The position numbers and the translations under genes are program-made. From Strigamia acuminata (Eukaryota): a stretch of 64,000 bases of DNA. The DNA lies in the NCBI GenBank assembly GCA_949358305.1, contig OX442314.1, positions 10,230,001-10,294,000 on the forward strand. The letters are read 5' to 3'. The notes below the pieces were generated by a model. It saw only the letters and a program-made list of their open reading frames with translations, was not told the DNA's origin and did no database searches. Position 1 is the first letter of the stretch. The number at the start of each line of letters is the position of its first letter. Below, piece by piece: positions 61,045-64,000 of this stretch.

Positions 61045-61772
61045 TTAAGTTTTGGTAAATTTTTTCGGGTTTTCGTCACCCTCGATTTGTTTCTTCAAAT
61101 CGATCAACTCTAAATCAGGTATGTAACGATTGTTGTCCAATTCCTCCGTGCTTTCGATGATCTTCAATTGCACGCCGGCCGGTAGCGAGTTTTTGATCAC
61201 TTCGATGAACGTCGGAGCCAGAATCGAAGTCAATTCGGATATCTGGAATGATAGAACAATTAAATCGATGAATTTGTTAAATAAAATCATAAATATTTTG
61301 ATTTTCCACACTTTAACGTTTCTTTCGTAGATGCTCAGTTTGTATTCCTGGTCTTGAGTTGTTGTTCCCGGCAAGTAACTGTGAACTACCAGCTTTTGCC
61401 CAGGCATGGGAAAACTAATAAAATAAATTCAAACTATTTTTAATTTTTTGTTAATTTTTTGTTAATGTTTTACGTTAATTTTACATTTCTTCAACATTGA
61501 TGCCCAAATGCCGAGCAGTTTTCGCTACGTATGACGCATAATGTTCCAAAACTGTAAAATCGTAGGCTTTAAGCTGCACATTTAACGTTGGATAAATAGG
61601 AAATTCGGGTTCCAGATACTGAAAAATAAAAAAAAATTGTTTTAAATTTTTAAAGTTTACAATTTGAATTACAAACCTTTAGATATTCGGGCTCGTACAG
61701 CGAACCGTAAAACCGAGGAAACGTGATGTTTGTTTTAAATTGTTTTGTTAGAACGGTTAAAAATCGATTCAT
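61045..61772 (-). CDS. MRPL48: Mitochondrial ribosomal protein L48, 4 exons
   Basis: Basic leader MNRFLTVLTKQFK, then LYEPEYLK, LNVQLKAYDFTVLEHY, YERNVK and LPAGVQL..RYIPDLEL. Confidence 0.85.
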
Positions 61773-61983
61773 TTTTATTTGTATTTATTGAAAATATTGC
61801 TCCTTTTGCGCCGATAATCTCGAGACTTTTAATCGCCGTTGAAACTCGAGACAAATATCACCGCCATTTTGATATTTCCCAGTTCAGGTTTCAATCCACT
61901 TTTCCAAATCCCCCATTCACAAGTCGCGTAGAAAAAGTACGTGACTCATGACGTTTAAGCCACCATTGTAACTACATGGGAAT

Positions 61984-62587
61984 ATGATTAAAGACGTGGA
62001 AAAACGACTCGCTGAATATCGTGCAAGTAAAATAACCAAACCAAAACCCCAAATCAAAGTTAACAGAAAAGAACCCGAACAAAATAGCAGTGAACAAGTA
62101 CGTATAAAAATTAAATGTCGTAACACCAAAAAATAGAAAAAAAATATCAATGTATTTAATTTTCCAATAGAATTCATCAGATAAAAGTGCGCCCATAGTG
62201 AAAGAAGAGCCTAAAACGGACGAAACGGACATTTCGGCGGCCGTAAGCAAACAAACACTCGAACAAACACCAACTACAACATCCGATACGACAAATTTTT
62301 CCGTTCTGGGTAAATATAAACGCGAAATCGACATTTTCGTCAACCTGCTCAAATTCGTGTTATGGCTCTTGCTCATGACCGTGTTTGTTGAAGTCGAATT
62401 CGGCGCCGTGTTTCTCATCTGCTCCATTTTTTACATCATTTTTCGCAATTTCCGAAGCGGCCCTAAAAAAGAAGGCGAGCCGAGCGCTTATTCAGTTTTC
62501 AATCCGAATTGCGAGGCCATCGACGGAACGTTAACCGCCGAACAGTTCGAGAGAGAACTCTTACGAGGTCCGAAATCGTTACAGTAA
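61984..62587 (+). CDS. SAYSD1: SAYSVFN motif-containing protein 1, exons 61984-62097 and 62171-62587
   Basis: VEKRLAEYRA N-terminus, a hydrophobic hairpin, and GEPSAYSVFNPNCEAIDGTLTAEQFEREL. Confidence 0.93.
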
Positions 62588-62589
62588 AA

Positions 62590-62856
62590 ATGGCGACGAA
62601 TACGGTTGTGGTAAAACTCCTTTTTTTCGCCAAAGCGCGCGAATTGGTTGGTAAAATCGAAGATTCAATCAAAGTCAATTGCCACATGAGCGGGGGAGAA
62701 ACTATGAAATTAATTTCAGAGCTATATCCAAATTTATCTGTTGTTTTGAGCAATTGTATCCTGGCTCTTAACGAAGAATATGTTGCGAATGACGATCAAT
62801 TGGAGCTGAAGAGTGGAGATGTGATTGCTATTATTCCTCCTTTGAGTGGAGGATAG
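62590..62856 (+). CDS. MOCS2A: Molybdopterin synthase sulfur carrier subunit (MoaD-like), 88 aa
   Basis: VKLLFFAKARELVG..LALNEEYV..GDVIAIIPPLSGG*. Good start context AAAATGG. AATAAA near 62898. Confidence 0.95.
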   Translation: MATNTVVVKLLFFAKARELVGKIEDSIKVNCHMSGGETMKLISELYPNLSVVLSNCILALNEEYVANDDQLELKSGDVIAIIPPLSGG

Positions 62857-62953
62857 GCTGATTTGGTTTTGTGTGTAAAATTGGATTTATTTTGTGGAAA
62901 TAAAGTTGTATTCATTTATGTTTTTCTTTTTTTATTTAATTTAATTTATATTT

Positions 62954-63941
62954 TTAATTTGATTTTGGAGGAGGAGTTCGTGCAGATTCGACCATTTCAA
63001 CGAGGTCTTGGTAATGGTCGACGGTTGATTTGTCGAAGTTCAGTGCGTTTATCTGAAAGATTGGAAATAAATTTGAAGGTTTTAGACGATTTAGAGTTTA
63101 GACTCGGTAGGGGAACTACATATTGTGGGGGTTTTGGATAGGAAGGTAGATTTTCGGAGGAAATAAATAATTTTCCGGAAAAATGTTGACTTTTCAAGCA
63201 TTTTTAGGGATGAATGTTGATTTTTCACAAATTTTCCGAGGTAAACATTAATTTTTCATTAATTTTCCTGGAAGACTATCGATTTTTTATTAATTTTCCG
63301 GGACGAATATCGATTTTTCATTAATTTTCCGGGACGAATATCGATTTTTCATTAATTTTCCGGAAAGAATATTAATTTTTCATTAATTTTCCGGGAATAC
63401 TATCGATTTGTCGTTAAATTTCCGGGAAAACTATCAATTTTCCGTTAATTTTCAGAGAAAACTATCGTTTTTTTATGTAATTTTCCGAGTAAACTATCAT
63501 TTTTCATTAATTTTCCGGAAAAATTATCGATTTTTAATTAATTTTCCGGGAAAACTATCGATTTTTCGTTAATTTTTCGGCCTAAACGGTAATTTGACAA
63601 CTGTTTGGTGAAAATATTGATTTCTCTTAAATGTAACGGATAATCCTTTAACTTTTTTTTTACAAATCTTCCGAAAAACCAATGATTTTATTGGAAAATT
63701 AATGATTTTTCTGCATTTTTCCATTATGGTTACGCCACCACATTAACCAACTAAACTTACAATCGCCCCATACTCCTGGACATCGAAAATCAACTGCAGT
63801 CTAATTTTATCGTCATCACTCATCCCGATTATCGATCCAACAGCCGAACTACTCCCCTTTTCCCTCGCTTTTTTCAACCGACTCAAACTTTCCTCCATTT
63901 TCTTCACCGATGTCAGAACATTTGACGTCGCATTATAATAC
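62954..63941 (-). CDS. COG2: Conserved oligomeric Golgi complex subunit 2, last two exons (63941-63761 and 63052-62954); partial
   Basis: VLTSVKKMEESLSRLKKAR..GMSDDDKIRLQLIFDV matches the COG2 C-terminal motif and splices in frame to INALNFDK..PPKSN*. Confidence 0.88.
63240..63580. repeat. Intronic minisatellite, about 30 bp unit (ATCGATTTTTCATTAATTTTCCGGGAAAACT-like)
   Basis: About 11 imperfect copies in the last COG2 intron. Confidence 0.85.
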
Positions 63942-64000
63942 CTGAAACAAAAATCACCAATTTCATTCCTCTAAATTTTCAATTTAAAATAAAATCTCAT

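Noticed and set aside
62585..62614. SAYSD1-MOCS2A fusion by simple stop readthrough
   Set aside because: The 2-nt gap puts MOCS2A in another frame, and in-frame readthrough meets TAA after 8 codons.

Overview
This is AT-rich, gene-dense eukaryotic DNA with short introns. It is most likely an arthropod, given a giant-like bZIP gene and a roh-like gene; it is not prokaryotic. I reconstructed about 22 protein-coding loci by hand from splice signals and translation, in this order: mRpS12 (last exon), giant, an intronless FAM181-like TEAD-binding-motif protein, GALNT7/pgant7, OTUB1, roh-like, two tandem MDH1 copies, UGP2, three small orphan membrane proteins (one with 102 consecutive Glu), two tandem secreted EndoU genes, TRIP11/GMAP-210, an LRR/BC-box/CaaX protein, WDPCP/fritz, MRPL48, SAYSD1, MOCS2A and the 3' end of COG2. 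Several MITEs and many intronic minisatellites are also present. The main leads are: (1) SAYSD1 and MOCS2A are only 2 nt apart, suggesting a bicistronic mRNA, with no MOCS2B next to MOCS2A; (2) MDH1 copy 1, but not copy 2, has a hidden PTS1 (-AKL) behind a TGA-CAA stop, suggesting readthrough to a peroxisomal form; (3) GALNT7 has duplicated, probably mutually exclusive, lectin alpha-subdomain exons; (4) a type II membrane protein carries a poly-Glu tail; (5) one TRIP11 intron is rich in GCATG motifs and holds candidate microexons; (6) UGP2 has a U12-type intron. Gene names come from recognised motifs and no database searches were run. For multi-exon genes, coordinates give the start-to-stop span.
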